From a virus: 64,000 nucleotides of DNA. The translations under genes and the position numbers were made by a program. The stretch covers positions 1 through 64,000 of IMG/VR virus record IMGVR_UViG_3300027921_000016. One strand, given 5' to 3'. The notes beneath the pieces are model-generated. The model saw only the letters and a program-made list of their open reading frames with translations, searched no databases and had not been told where the DNA came from. Below are positions 46,082 through 55,560 of this stretch, piece by piece. Each line of letters opens with the position of its first letter. Position 1 is the stretch's first letter.

Positions 46082-46687
46082 TTACAGAGCCACGGTGAGC
46101 GTGGAAACCCGGTGCGTGCCACCACTGCCATAGGTCTCGGGAACCAGCTTGGAGACCCGACACGTTGCCGCCGCCTCGCTGGTTAGGTCGATAGCCGCGC
46201 CGCCAAGAGTTGTTGAAACATTGAAATAGTCTGGAGTACCTGCCGTGACGCCCACCACGAAATACTCCGTGCCGGCAGTAAGCCCGCCCGGTGCAGTCCC
46301 GTTGTGGAAGGTCACCTTGTCGTTATTGACAAGACCGTGGCCCTCGCAGTAGATGCGTTCGGCAGAGACGGTGGGGTCAATCTGGAACGACTTGTCGCTG
46401 CCCCCGTTGGGCCACATACCCAGGAACGTGGTGTCGGTGGTGGCGTCCCACATGCCAATCCAGCGCACCGTGGCGGCGGCGGGCACGTTCAGGATGTCCA
46501 CGGCGGCGCTCAACGCACGGCTGCGCGCTAATGCCGCGGCGAGGGTGCCGACGGTCTTGGCGGTGCCGGTAACGATGCTGCCCCCCGTGGCGCTGTAGGC
46601 ATCATGGACACTCAGCTTGATATTGCTCGCGCCTGAGGTGGGGGTTACGGCGTCCAGGGCTGCGTTGAGACGGGTATCGGTCAACAT
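46082..46687 (-). CDS. Minor tail protein
   Basis: HGLVNNDKV...PGGLTAGTEYFV...FNVSTTLGGAAIDLT. Confidence 0.7.
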   Translation of the reverse strand: MLTDTRLNAALDAVTPTSGASNIKLSVHDAYSATGGSIVTGTAKTVGTLAAALARSRALSAAVDILNVPAAATVRWIGMWDATTDTTFLGMWPNGGSDKSFQIDPTVSAERIYCEGHGLVNNDKVTFHNGTAPGGLTAGTEYFVVGVTAGTPDYFNVSTTLGGAAIDLTSEAAATCRVSKLVPETYGSGGTHRVSTLTVAL

Positions 46688-46956
46688 GGTATTACTCCTT
46701 GGTTAGGATGAATGGATCGCCGTCATAGTCGAGCGACAAGGCATTGTCGCTGGCGATAGCCTCGGCAAGCTGGAAATTTCCTATCAGCCCAGGCGCAGCG
46801 ATCACGCCCTGGCGGATCATTTCCGGGTGGGAATATGGAGTCCTGTGGTCCCGCCTGGCTGACTCACGGCATCAGACAACCGCGCCAGCTTACTTTGTTT
46901 TACCGTGAGCCCCATCGTGGTTCTCCCTCTGGAGGTCTACTGCAATTGATTGCAGA

Positions 46957-47664
46957 TTACGAATCGAAACTCGGGGCGTTCGCGTACACCTGCACTCGGG
47001 CCCCTGTACCCGTTAGTGCCGTACAATTCACACGCACAAACGGGTAGCTATCTACTTGTACGCCGATCACCGCTGCCCTTCCGGTACCCGTGGGGGACTG
47101 TGCGGCTTGCCCTGCGTGGGTGGAAAAATCCACCCCGTTGTTGGATACCTGAATCTGGGTAGTAGCAGCCACGGAGACACTACCCGTGATCTCACTCACG
47201 ACCGTCTGAAAGACCGCTTTCAGGTTGTTGAGGTGGAATACCGGGCCATACCCTAGGCGCATGTACGAGTTGATAACCGTCGCCAGATTGGTGGCCGTGT
47301 CTGCGTCGGTGGCACCCACATTAAACTGTTGGCCGGTGGCACCGGAAGCCACACAAGTATAGATGAGACCGTTCACAACACAGGTGTCGGTGGCCACCAC
47401 CCCTGCCAAGGTCAGGGTGTCGTACTGGGTTGCCAGCCAAGGGCCTTCGCCCATGGCAGCGTTGGCTGCGATCTGAGCGGCACTTACGGTGTTGGCCAGA
47501 GCATTCCGGTTAGCCGCAGAGATCAGGGCCGCAGTGATATGCGTACTCCCGGTGAGCACAATCTGAGGTACAGGCGTACCTTGAGGATTCTGCACGAACT
47601 GCACAACGGCGCCAACTGCCTGCGCAGTCCAGAGGGGGTTACCACTGTCGTAAATTTTCATCAT
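46957..47664 (-). CDS. Virion structural protein
   Basis: Gly/Thr/Ala-rich, TATNLATVIN. Confidence 0.65.
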   Translation of the reverse strand: MMKIYDSGNPLWTAQAVGAVVQFVQNPQGTPVPQIVLTGSTHITAALISAANRNALANTVSAAQIAANAAMGEGPWLATQYDTLTLAGVVATDTCVVNGLIYTCVASGATGQQFNVGATDADTATNLATVINSYMRLGYGPVFHLNNLKAVFQTVVSEITGSVSVAATTQIQVSNNGVDFSTHAGQAAQSPTGTGRAAVIGVQVDSYPFVRVNCTALTGTGARVQVYANAPSFDS

Positions 47665-47725
47665 CGACTCCTGACTGCAATTGATTACACTGGCCTATTG
47701 TACCCCTGCCTTGGCCTCCGAGTAA

Positions 47726-47950
47726 CTACACCTGTATCTCCGAGTACGGCAGGTCCGGTGCTGCGCCCTCCACCCAGCCCGAGCGTACAAACGCCTTGGA
47801 GTTCACGGCAACCGTTTGACCTCTGGCTAGTATCACCGGACCCCCTGGAAGCTGTACAGAACTACTGCCGTCAGCGTTATGGGACACGATAGTGCCAACC
47901 AGCAACGGGTCTTTCACCAATAGTGATAGGAACTTCTGGTAAGGGTTCAT
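47726..47950 (-). CDS. Small tail tip protein
   Basis: MNPYQKF...LPGG..ARG...FVRSG..EG.AP. Confidence 0.7.
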   Translation of the reverse strand: MNPYQKFLSLLVKDPLLVGTIVSHNADGSSSVQLPGGPVILARGQTVAVNSKAFVRSGWVEGAAPDLPYSEIQV

Positions 47951-49797
47951 GGTACGTACCTCACAACCGAAACAAGCTGCTTGACTTTCGGGAATGCCAC
48001 GGACACGTCAACACCGGTTACATACCCCGTCCAGGTAACCGCCCCCTCCTGCCCCTCAAAAACCATGCCCGGACGCATCAACACCGCGCCAATGCTATCC
48101 TTGATAGGCAGCTCCAGGGACACGCTGACCTTTCTCCCCGCGTCCGCCAGGATCGTCCCCCCACGCTGACGAATGGCGGCGTCGGCAGTAAGCAGCTTGT
48201 GCGTCACCATTTGTTCGAGCACATCCCCTGCGGTCCCCGTGCGCTTCACAAACCCGAGCCTGCCCTGACTCTCCCCGGTGCAATACACCCCGTTGTACGG
48301 GGGCCGGGTCACCCAGTCTTCGGACACCCTTGTCGCCATGTCCAACGGGATGGAAACATCAGGGAGGATGGTATTCAGTTCCCACGGGAGCACTTTGTAC
48401 CTAGGGGAAAAGATAATGGTCTGATTCGATTGGTGACTCATAACCAGGCTTCCAACGGCCTCGCCAACGAACAACAGGGCTTCCATGGGCGTACAGTAGT
48501 TGGTCCACACCCCCCCTGGGACTAGCCAGTCCGTGATATTCCATTCAGTTGTCCACCCCACGGGTAGAACTGAATTGGCGATCTGCTGAGCGTTGATCGC
48601 CTGAACCGAGATAAACGCCTGCTTGATGGAATATGGGTCTGCCAAATACGCAGATTTACTCCTACCACTCAAATCCCACGTGTCTTTCCCAAACACCCGA
48701 GACCGGGTGATGCCCTCGATTATGAACTCCCAGGTGTACCCGTTGATCACCACCTGAACCGTTACCGGCCCGCTACCATCGGGCATCACCTTATCCACTT
48801 CACTGTTTGGGATGGTGGCCCGGAACATCCAAGCCCAAGTGCTGTTCATGGCCAGGGACTGGATACTGATCCCCAGGATGTTCTCCAACCCAGGCAAACG
48901 CTTTACGGTACAGGAGTCGATCACGATGTACGTCCTTAAAACAGGTACAAATCTACGGCAAGAAAAAACAAGGTTACGCCTGGATGCAAGTAATCGCACA
49001 AACAGGTCCAGGTGGGCCACTCCAATCTCGGGTTTGTAGCACCGCTCGTCAACCGGGGGCGGCTCTACGGGGCCTTCATACGGGTAAAACGGTCCCCAGC
49101 CAAACACGTCCAGGCCTTCAACAAATGGGAGACGGGTACTATTGAAGCGCGGCACCGCAGTCTGGAAATCCCCGTGCCATAATTTGGACACCCCTGGCAG
49201 CGCCACCTCCCATACAAGGGTATCAAATGGCCTGGCGTGCATCAGAAGCTGAATCCACGGGAAAGTGGAAGAAGGGGATTGGTATTCTCCAAGCTCCCAC
49301 GAACTGGACACCTTGGGCCTTTCAGTGATTACCCCGGTCTCCCAAATAACCTCGGTGGCCCATCCAATATCCCCTCCCTCCATCCAGCTAAAATACCTTG
49401 GGCTACGGTACTGTACCCCGTCTGCATGATTTACCTGTATTCCCGAGTCCATCTTCTGGGCTTGCTCATGCGGACACGCTCCGTACTGGTTTACCGGGGC
49501 ACCGAGCTGATGGGCGTGGGCTACCAAGGCCACAGTTTCTACTGCCTCTTCCCATTTACCTCCAACCTCCCTTGAGGTTCCGCGCCACACAGCGTTATCC
49601 CAGGTGAGCGCGATCTTTCCAGTCAATGGAGTGACAGGAATTACACCATTCATGGCTGCGGTATTGGCCGTCCTCAGAAATATCTCGCCAGTCAACTTAG
49701 GTAGTCGTACCGTGCAGGGGTCACCCAGGACCAGCAGCAAATCTGCACGCGCCCCAACCGTAGCCTGAGAGCATAGATGGATGCTAGTACTAGCCAC
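47947..49797 (-). CDS. Tail tip hub-like protein
   Basis: 616 aa; GRS.SAYLADPY, DWLVPGG, PRY...PW. Confidence 0.75.
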   Translation of the reverse strand: MASTSIHLCSQATVGARADLLLVLGDPCTVRLPKLTGEIFLRTANTAAMNGVIPVTPLTGKIALTWDNAVWRGTSREVGGKWEEAVETVALVAHAHQLGAPVNQYGACPHEQAQKMDSGIQVNHADGVQYRSPRYFSWMEGGDIGWATEVIWETGVITERPKVSSSWELGEYQSPSSTFPWIQLLMHARPFDTLVWEVALPGVSKLWHGDFQTAVPRFNSTRLPFVEGLDVFGWGPFYPYEGPVEPPPVDERCYKPEIGVAHLDLFVRLLASRRNLVFSCRRFVPVLRTYIVIDSCTVKRLPGLENILGISIQSLAMNSTWAWMFRATIPNSEVDKVMPDGSGPVTVQVVINGYTWEFIIEGITRSRVFGKDTWDLSGRSKSAYLADPYSIKQAFISVQAINAQQIANSVLPVGWTTEWNITDWLVPGGVWTNYCTPMEALLFVGEAVGSLVMSHQSNQTIIFSPRYKVLPWELNTILPDVSIPLDMATRVSEDWVTRPPYNGVYCTGESQGRLGFVKRTGTAGDVLEQMVTHKLLTADAAIRQRGGTILADAGRKVSVSLELPIKDSIGAVLMRPGMVFEGQEGAVTWTGYVTGVDVSVAFPKVKQLVSVVRYVP

Positions 49798-49798
49798 A

Positions 49799-50200
49799 TC
49801 AAGCCCTAATTATGGCCGTGGTAGCGTAAATCAGCCCACCCGCAATCACCGAGAAAGAGTTGATCTCTATGGCGTACCCAGAACCCACGAGCCCCGCATC
49901 CATATCTGCGGCGATACCCCCTGCTCTAGTGATAATCCTGCCAAAAGAGATCGTGCCGGTGGCCGCCACGTTTATCCACGCGGGCAAGGCAAGTGTTAAT
50001 TCAGTCCCCACGATGGTCCCACACGGATTGGGGAGGTCATAGGACACCAAAACAACGCCCGTGTACGCGGCACCACGGGGTGGTCTGGGTGCCGAGATCA
50101 GCCTTAGCTGGGCAGTGCCTGCCCCTGTCTCGATGAAGGTCTTGAAACCATTCAAGCGGGCGGATTCGGCCTCTATCGTAAGCTCGACTAGGTTACTCAT
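49799..50200 (-). CDS. Minor tail protein
   Basis: 133 aa, tail operon. Confidence 0.7.
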   Translation of the reverse strand: MSNLVELTIEAESARLNGFKTFIETGAGTAQLRLISAPRPPRGAAYTGVVLVSYDLPNPCGTIVGTELTLALPAWINVAATGTISFGRIITRAGGIAADMDAGLVGSGYAIEINSFSVIAGGLIYATTAIIRA

Positions 50201-52545
50201 TCTGGCACCATGTGATCCGCTACCCCTGCATTGTACACCTGGTTGTAGTCATGCCCCGCTACCAGGAACTTACGAGTGGTATCGAGATTGGGGAACTCGT
50301 AATCCCCCGCACTGTTGGACCACACTTGGTGTACCAGGGCTCCTGTAAGTTTGTCGTACAGCCGCACATCCCTAGTGGCCAGTACCCCTCCAACCCGCAC
50401 CGTTCCGTAGATTCGCCCCGACCCGCCACACAGCATGTTGCGTGTGTGGTGATCATCCAATGCAATCAATTGCACGTCGGCCGGAGGAGTGAAGGTCGGA
50501 ACAACGATGTCCGTATCCAGTACGGAAGAGGCTAGGCATTGTCCTAACGTGAGTATTTCCGGAGTTACTCCAAGGGCGTACAGAGAAAGGTCGTAAGGGC
50601 TATTCTTGATTATCTCAAGCTCGTCAATCTTACAGGGCGTGGTCGTTCCAACATTATAGTTTGCTCCTATGTACAAGGTGCCCACCGTCACGAAACTAAA
50701 ATCCTCATGGTAGAAGCCCCCTATGATCACCCCATCCTGGATGAATATATTCAGCCCCCCTACCTTCTGCCATACAAAATAATGCCTATTCGTGTTATGC
50801 GAATAAACAAAATTACACACGTCAGACGAAATACTATTGATGCCCACCTTCACCTTAAAACCACCATCCCCCATCAGTAACTGCCAATAGTTAGCAGCAT
50901 CCCCCATACACAGTAAAGCAGCAGAACTACCAGGAAGCGAATCCAGCTTATACCAGAAGCGTAGACAGAAGTTACCAGCCCCAAGCAAAAAATCGTTGGA
51001 AGTCGATACCAGCTTACCTGAGGAGGTGAACTTGGCAGCCGCCTCTCCAAACGCACTATCAGCACTGAATTCAGCGTCCCCCTGAGGCGTTACCGTATGC
51101 CCTTTAACATCGACAAAGGTAGTCACCCCCGAGGGGGCTGCCGTAGTCAAAGATAGTACAACCTTGTACCAGTGAGGATCGCCAACCACAGTCTCGGGAA
51201 AGGGTAGGCTAACCACATAATTCCCCGTGTACCTCCCCTCTCCAATCGTGAGGCGTACACAACTTACCTGGCCGTTAAGGTAATACAGGGAGGTGGCATT
51301 ATAGACATTAGCGCCTATCTTCAAAGGCGTGCTCGTTGCCTGCACGCTCTTAGACGTTTCGGTACCTCCAGCATTTAACAGTCCCCCGTTAACAAAGACA
51401 TACGTTCTTCCATTTTTCTTTGAAACCGCGAGGTCGTACCACACACCAAGACTGAACGTGTAGGCTCCTACCACGGTGTCGTAGACGACATTGGACCCAA
51501 AACTAGTAACCTGAAGAGAGGTCAGAGAAGAGGCCGTTCCTGTAACCGATACCGTAAATTCCCTGGAGCCCTCTACGTCCTTACAGATAATAGTAAAAGC
51601 GTAAGTTCCTCCATTGTCTACAGGCCACCCGGTGAACCTAACGGACGCCTCTACCGTGTAATCCCTGTCCCCCAAGTATAAATCCGGGGCACTTATTGAC
51701 GTTAGGTAATCCCCGTTACCATCGAACGTAAAACTGACTCCCCCAGGCAGACGGCTCTGGCCTGTAGTCACGGCTGCGTTCCCTACCCCTGTTACTACAT
51801 GCTTTTTCAAATCACGGAATTGAATCTGACCATCCATGTGCATGGCCAGTACCGTGCTCGCCCAAAATCCCCCACTCTCGGGAAACGCAGCAATAGGCAC
51901 TTCAAACACTTTATTAAGTGGAAACGAGCCCACGTACACCTGTAGGTCCTGCATGTAACACATAAGAGGCCCACCACTAGGGTTATAATTGACGGCCACG
52001 GCCATCCCACTGCTACTCAGGGATTCAGTACTCCTACCCACGCCAATCAACACCCTGTTAATCGCCAAGTACACTACACCCTCTACTCTGCCATAAGCCA
52101 CCTCGAACCACGAGTTCAAAGGAGCAGCAGCTCCGTATGAAACGACAGTGCTTCCTGCCTTCAGAACAGCCAGTTTACCCAGCGAGTCCACTGCCAACCT
52201 GTGCCCGTCCAAATTGCTTGAGTCTTCGTTAGTGAAAGTCAGCAAGTGCTTTATGACGGAAGGAAATTCTGGGAGTTTTACCCATGCCCGCACCCAATAG
52301 CTCCCAGTACCTACAGAAAATCTTACGTTTGCGGCCACACTTAACCGGGTATCGGTAGTCCCATCAAAATACCCAACGGACCTACCATCCCTGGTCTCGG
52401 TCGTAACTATCTTGGCCGCCCCACGTACTGTAATTACGTTCTGCTGAAAACTCCTGTCCAGGATGGCCGTAGAGTTGTCTACCCCATCAAACGGTAGATG
52501 CAGTACGCAATTCGCGTACATGGGATCGACTGGAACCGTAGGCAT
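50197..52545 (-). CDS. Tail protein with three tandem LamG/ConA-like domains
   Basis: Three units beginning VLHLPFDG / VLAMHMDG / VLSLTT; FDGNGDYL; DYTVEA. Confidence 0.8.
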   Translation of the reverse strand: MPTVPVDPMYANCVLHLPFDGVDNSTAILDRSFQQNVITVRGAAKIVTTETRDGRSVGYFDGTTDTRLSVAANVRFSVGTGSYWVRAWVKLPEFPSVIKHLLTFTNEDSSNLDGHRLAVDSLGKLAVLKAGSTVVSYGAAAPLNSWFEVAYGRVEGVVYLAINRVLIGVGRSTESLSSSGMAVAVNYNPSGGPLMCYMQDLQVYVGSFPLNKVFEVPIAAFPESGGFWASTVLAMHMDGQIQFRDLKKHVVTGVGNAAVTTGQSRLPGGVSFTFDGNGDYLTSISAPDLYLGDRDYTVEASVRFTGWPVDNGGTYAFTIICKDVEGSREFTVSVTGTASSLTSLQVTSFGSNVVYDTVVGAYTFSLGVWYDLAVSKKNGRTYVFVNGGLLNAGGTETSKSVQATSTPLKIGANVYNATSLYYLNGQVSCVRLTIGEGRYTGNYVVSLPFPETVVGDPHWYKVVLSLTTAAPSGVTTFVDVKGHTVTPQGDAEFSADSAFGEAAAKFTSSGKLVSTSNDFLLGAGNFCLRFWYKLDSLPGSSAALLCMGDAANYWQLLMGDGGFKVKVGINSISSDVCNFVYSHNTNRHYFVWQKVGGLNIFIQDGVIIGGFYHEDFSFVTVGTLYIGANYNVGTTTPCKIDELEIIKNSPYDLSLYALGVTPEILTLGQCLASSVLDTDIVVPTFTPPADVQLIALDDHHTRNMLCGGSGRIYGTVRVGGVLATRDVRLYDKLTGALVHQVWSNSAGDYEFPNLDTTRKFLVAGHDYNQVYNAGVADHMVPE

Positions 52546-52548
52546 CTG

Positions 52549-53757
52549 TTACTCCCAGGGTCCCGTTATATCTATAAAACCTACCGCCCAGTTACTGATG
52601 GCAGAATTGTACCCATAAGGTACGGCAGCAAAGGCCCTGTCAGGGTACCCTGGCACCCCTTCGATCACCACTGGCGTCCGGGCATCCGGGCATACCCTCT
52701 GAATAAGGGTCTGCGGGGAAGAAAAAATCCCCAAGTATTTCCCGCGAAAACTTCCGGACGAACCCTCCAGAAGGTGTATGGGGGTCAGCACGAGTCCGTA
52801 ATCAGGCCCATTTGGATAAGGTACGCTCCCATTCCCTGAATATAGGTACCACGACGGCGCACCGGCAGGTGTGCCATAGAAGGCTGAGGCTCTATACGAA
52901 CACGTACCCCCTACCCCCGTGAAATCACGGGCCAGTAGATGGTAGGTGTCTACGGACCCCCAGACAGGGCTGTACCCAAATATCGAGTAGTACTCGTAAG
53001 GTGTTGATGCGGCATTATTAGCATGGTGATTGTGGCGAAGGAACGACTTGTACGCATCAACAGCCTTACGACTTTTAAAATCCCCAAACCCCGCCGCTGC
53101 GGCGGCGTACAAAGATTGCGTGTAGTAAAAAACGAACAGGTACACCGTTGAATCCGAGGCCACTAGTACCCAAGGCCGGGCAGTACTATCAGCAACATTG
53201 GACTTGAACAGGTACCCCCCACCAGAAATCTGAGCATCGGTAGGGCTTTTGCCTACTCCAGTGTCGATGTCCGTCATGGACTCGTACATGTTAATCCGAG
53301 CAGCCGTGGTGTACGCATCGTCAACCCTGAAGTACAGCCTTGCAGAGGCCACATTAGGGGACCGGTACACGGCTTTGTTCTCCCCTGTGTATGCCTTCTC
53401 CCACCCAGCACTTGCAACCTTGGTAGTGATTGCACCCGTCGCGGTTTGATCAGTAATACCTGTGGCATCGAATACCACAGTCGATGCCGTGGTGCTGATA
53501 ACCCGCTTCTCCCCATTCAAACCCGAGGGGGTGGCTCCTGCCACCAGTGCAACTGCGTGCTGAACAAAACTGTGCCCAGAACTGATGGTCATGGTGGCAA
53601 TGCCATTGAGTACCACCAGGGTGTCCACGCTCTTGAGTCCAAAGCCATTAACCAGGCAGGCGTCGAGGAGAGAGGCCAATGCCCCGGCCTGCCCTGACAG
53701 CACGGGGGCACCTGGGAAATCGGATTTGAAGTACTTAACGGAAGCTGAGCGGGCCAT
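52549..53757 (-). CDS. Tail protein
   Basis: GAPVLSGQAGALASLLDACLVNG N-terminus; DITGPW C-terminus. Confidence 0.8.
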   Translation of the reverse strand: MARSASVKYFKSDFPGAPVLSGQAGALASLLDACLVNGFGLKSVDTLVVLNGIATMTISSGHSFVQHAVALVAGATPSGLNGEKRVISTTASTVVFDATGITDQTATGAITTKVASAGWEKAYTGENKAVYRSPNVASARLYFRVDDAYTTAARINMYESMTDIDTGVGKSPTDAQISGGGYLFKSNVADSTARPWVLVASDSTVYLFVFYYTQSLYAAAAAGFGDFKSRKAVDAYKSFLRHNHHANNAASTPYEYYSIFGYSPVWGSVDTYHLLARDFTGVGGTCSYRASAFYGTPAGAPSWYLYSGNGSVPYPNGPDYGLVLTPIHLLEGSSGSFRGKYLGIFSSPQTLIQRVCPDARTPVVIEGVPGYPDRAFAAVPYGYNSAISNWAVGFIDITGPWE

Positions 53758-53766
53758 GAGTGCACC

Positions 53767-55557
53767 TTAGACGTTTACGTCGCCGCGAATTTGGATCGTG
53801 AACACATCCGACTGCGCGGTTGCCGGACCCTGCTGAATAGTACGTACCACCCCCACCGGGAAATTGGCGGCAACGGTATTGAACCGCAGGACATTACCAG
53901 CAGCCCATCCACCACCCCATCCCAGAGCAGCAAGAGTGAAATACGGCACCGACTGACTCGGGTTGTTCGGGGCCAGATCGGTACTGGTATTGCCTGTGGC
54001 GATCAATCCCACGTTCTCACCGATCACATTGAAAGCCGTACTGTTCGTGAAGATGATCGCCCAACGCTCCTGGATTGCCCCCCGGTTGGTAACCACAATC
54101 GGGTACTGAACATCATTGTATTCGGCTAGGGTATTGGTACCGATCACCGTATCCGACCACACGCTAGTCCAGGTGGCTTGATCGAACACGTTTGTATACC
54201 GGGCGAACATGTCGCCGATCAGCAAGGCGCTGCTGACGGAACTCCCAGTCGGGTAGTCATGGGTAAGCGGGCGAGTGACCGTGAGCTGACCATTGATCTG
54301 AACATCAGACAGCAAGCCCGTGTCCTCGATCCGGTCCTCGATGGTCAGGGGTTGACTCAGGCCTGTGAGGTTGCCGAACGTGAGTATCCCGGTGTCCAGG
54401 TTTACCGTGTACTTGCCCGTGTTGATCTCCGCCCCCGTGCTATCCAACACCCGCACACGAGTGATACGGGTACGGCCGAGATTCACAACCTCATTGGAGA
54501 TATACGTTCCAGAATGCAGGCCCGTATGGTGAACCACCACCACACCACCAACATGAAACAGCGGAACCTTGCCATCCTGAGGCAAACGCACGGGGTTGAT
54601 GCCCAGGATAGAGGCGTCCAGCGGGATGTACACGTAGGAAACCGCTGCGTACCTGATGGTGTCCCCAAGAACGTGCCGGGGGCTAAACACCTGCCCGTTC
54701 ACCACATTCACAGGGTCGTACCAAGGCTCGGCCTCGTTACCTGCGGCGGTAACCCAGGTACCAAATCGCAGGCGAACAATGCCAGTTTGGACATCAACAG
54801 TTCCTATCACGCCCGTGGCAGAGATGGTCCCGTTGGTATTCGCAGTAACAGTGGTTATACCCCCTCCAGTGGCTCGCGCGAATTGAATGACAAGGCTTCC
54901 TGGCCGAATAGGTGAGGCCGCTGTACGGAAGGTCACGGCGTCTATCACGTTCCCTACCACGGAAGTCACCAACCCAGTCACCGTACCGCTATTGGCAGAC
55001 CCAGAAATAACCGAAGTCAGGTTCACCAGGCCGGTACTATAATCCACGGTTCCTACCGCAGTCCCTGACCCATTACTGGGGTTCAAATCCCAGTACATCA
55101 CACCCGTCCGGTCGTATAGGGCCTTGCCCATGTACGACAACCGTACCGATCCTGGGACAACCTCCTCTGCGTGACCAGGGGTGAGATCAAGCGTGGGTGT
55201 CCAGGTGAACGCCTGAACGGGAAGAGCGGCCTGTGAGTCAGCAGACCCCCAATAACCCCCGACTGAACCACCCGTACCCCAGAGATAGGGTTTCAACTCC
55301 GGGTCATTGTTCAGGGTGAAAACTGACCTATTGTAGTCGCCGCCCGTAGCTTTGGTTTGCTGAGACAGCCGGGTCAAAATCGAGTAGGTATCCGGAACGT
55401 CAAAAGCACCAGTCGTGTAGTTGATAGTGCCTACAGTAACCGCCCCATTCTTGAGGTTACCCAACCCGTCATCCCGCAACGACACATGGCCCGTGACCAC
55501 CATACGAGGGTCTGCCACTGAATTTTGCATCACATACCCGATTGCGCCTGTAGACAT
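53767..55557 (-). CDS. Large tail protein, C-terminal half (in frame with 55561-57327)
   Basis: LGINPVRLPQDG, ERWAI.F, WGGGW..GNVLRFNT, RGDV. Confidence 0.75.
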   Translation of the reverse strand: MSTGAIGYVMQNSVADPRMVVTGHVSLRDDGLGNLKNGAVTVGTINYTTGAFDVPDTYSILTRLSQQTKATGGDYNRSVFTLNNDPELKPYLWGTGGSVGGYWGSADSQAALPVQAFTWTPTLDLTPGHAEEVVPGSVRLSYMGKALYDRTGVMYWDLNPSNGSGTAVGTVDYSTGLVNLTSVISGSANSGTVTGLVTSVVGNVIDAVTFRTAASPIRPGSLVIQFARATGGGITTVTANTNGTISATGVIGTVDVQTGIVRLRFGTWVTAAGNEAEPWYDPVNVVNGQVFSPRHVLGDTIRYAAVSYVYIPLDASILGINPVRLPQDGKVPLFHVGGVVVVHHTGLHSGTYISNEVVNLGRTRITRVRVLDSTGAEINTGKYTVNLDTGILTFGNLTGLSQPLTIEDRIEDTGLLSDVQINGQLTVTRPLTHDYPTGSSVSSALLIGDMFARYTNVFDQATWTSVWSDTVIGTNTLAEYNDVQYPIVVTNRGAIQERWAIIFTNSTAFNVIGENVGLIATGNTSTDLAPNNPSQSVPYFTLAALGWGGGWAAGNVLRFNTVAANFPVGVVRTIQQGPATAQSDVFTIQIRGDVNV

Positions 55558-55560
55558 AGA

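Noticed and set aside
50197-53757. Diversity-generating retroelement acting on tail fibres
   Set aside because: No reverse transcriptase and no adenine-variant repeat pair noticed in the window.
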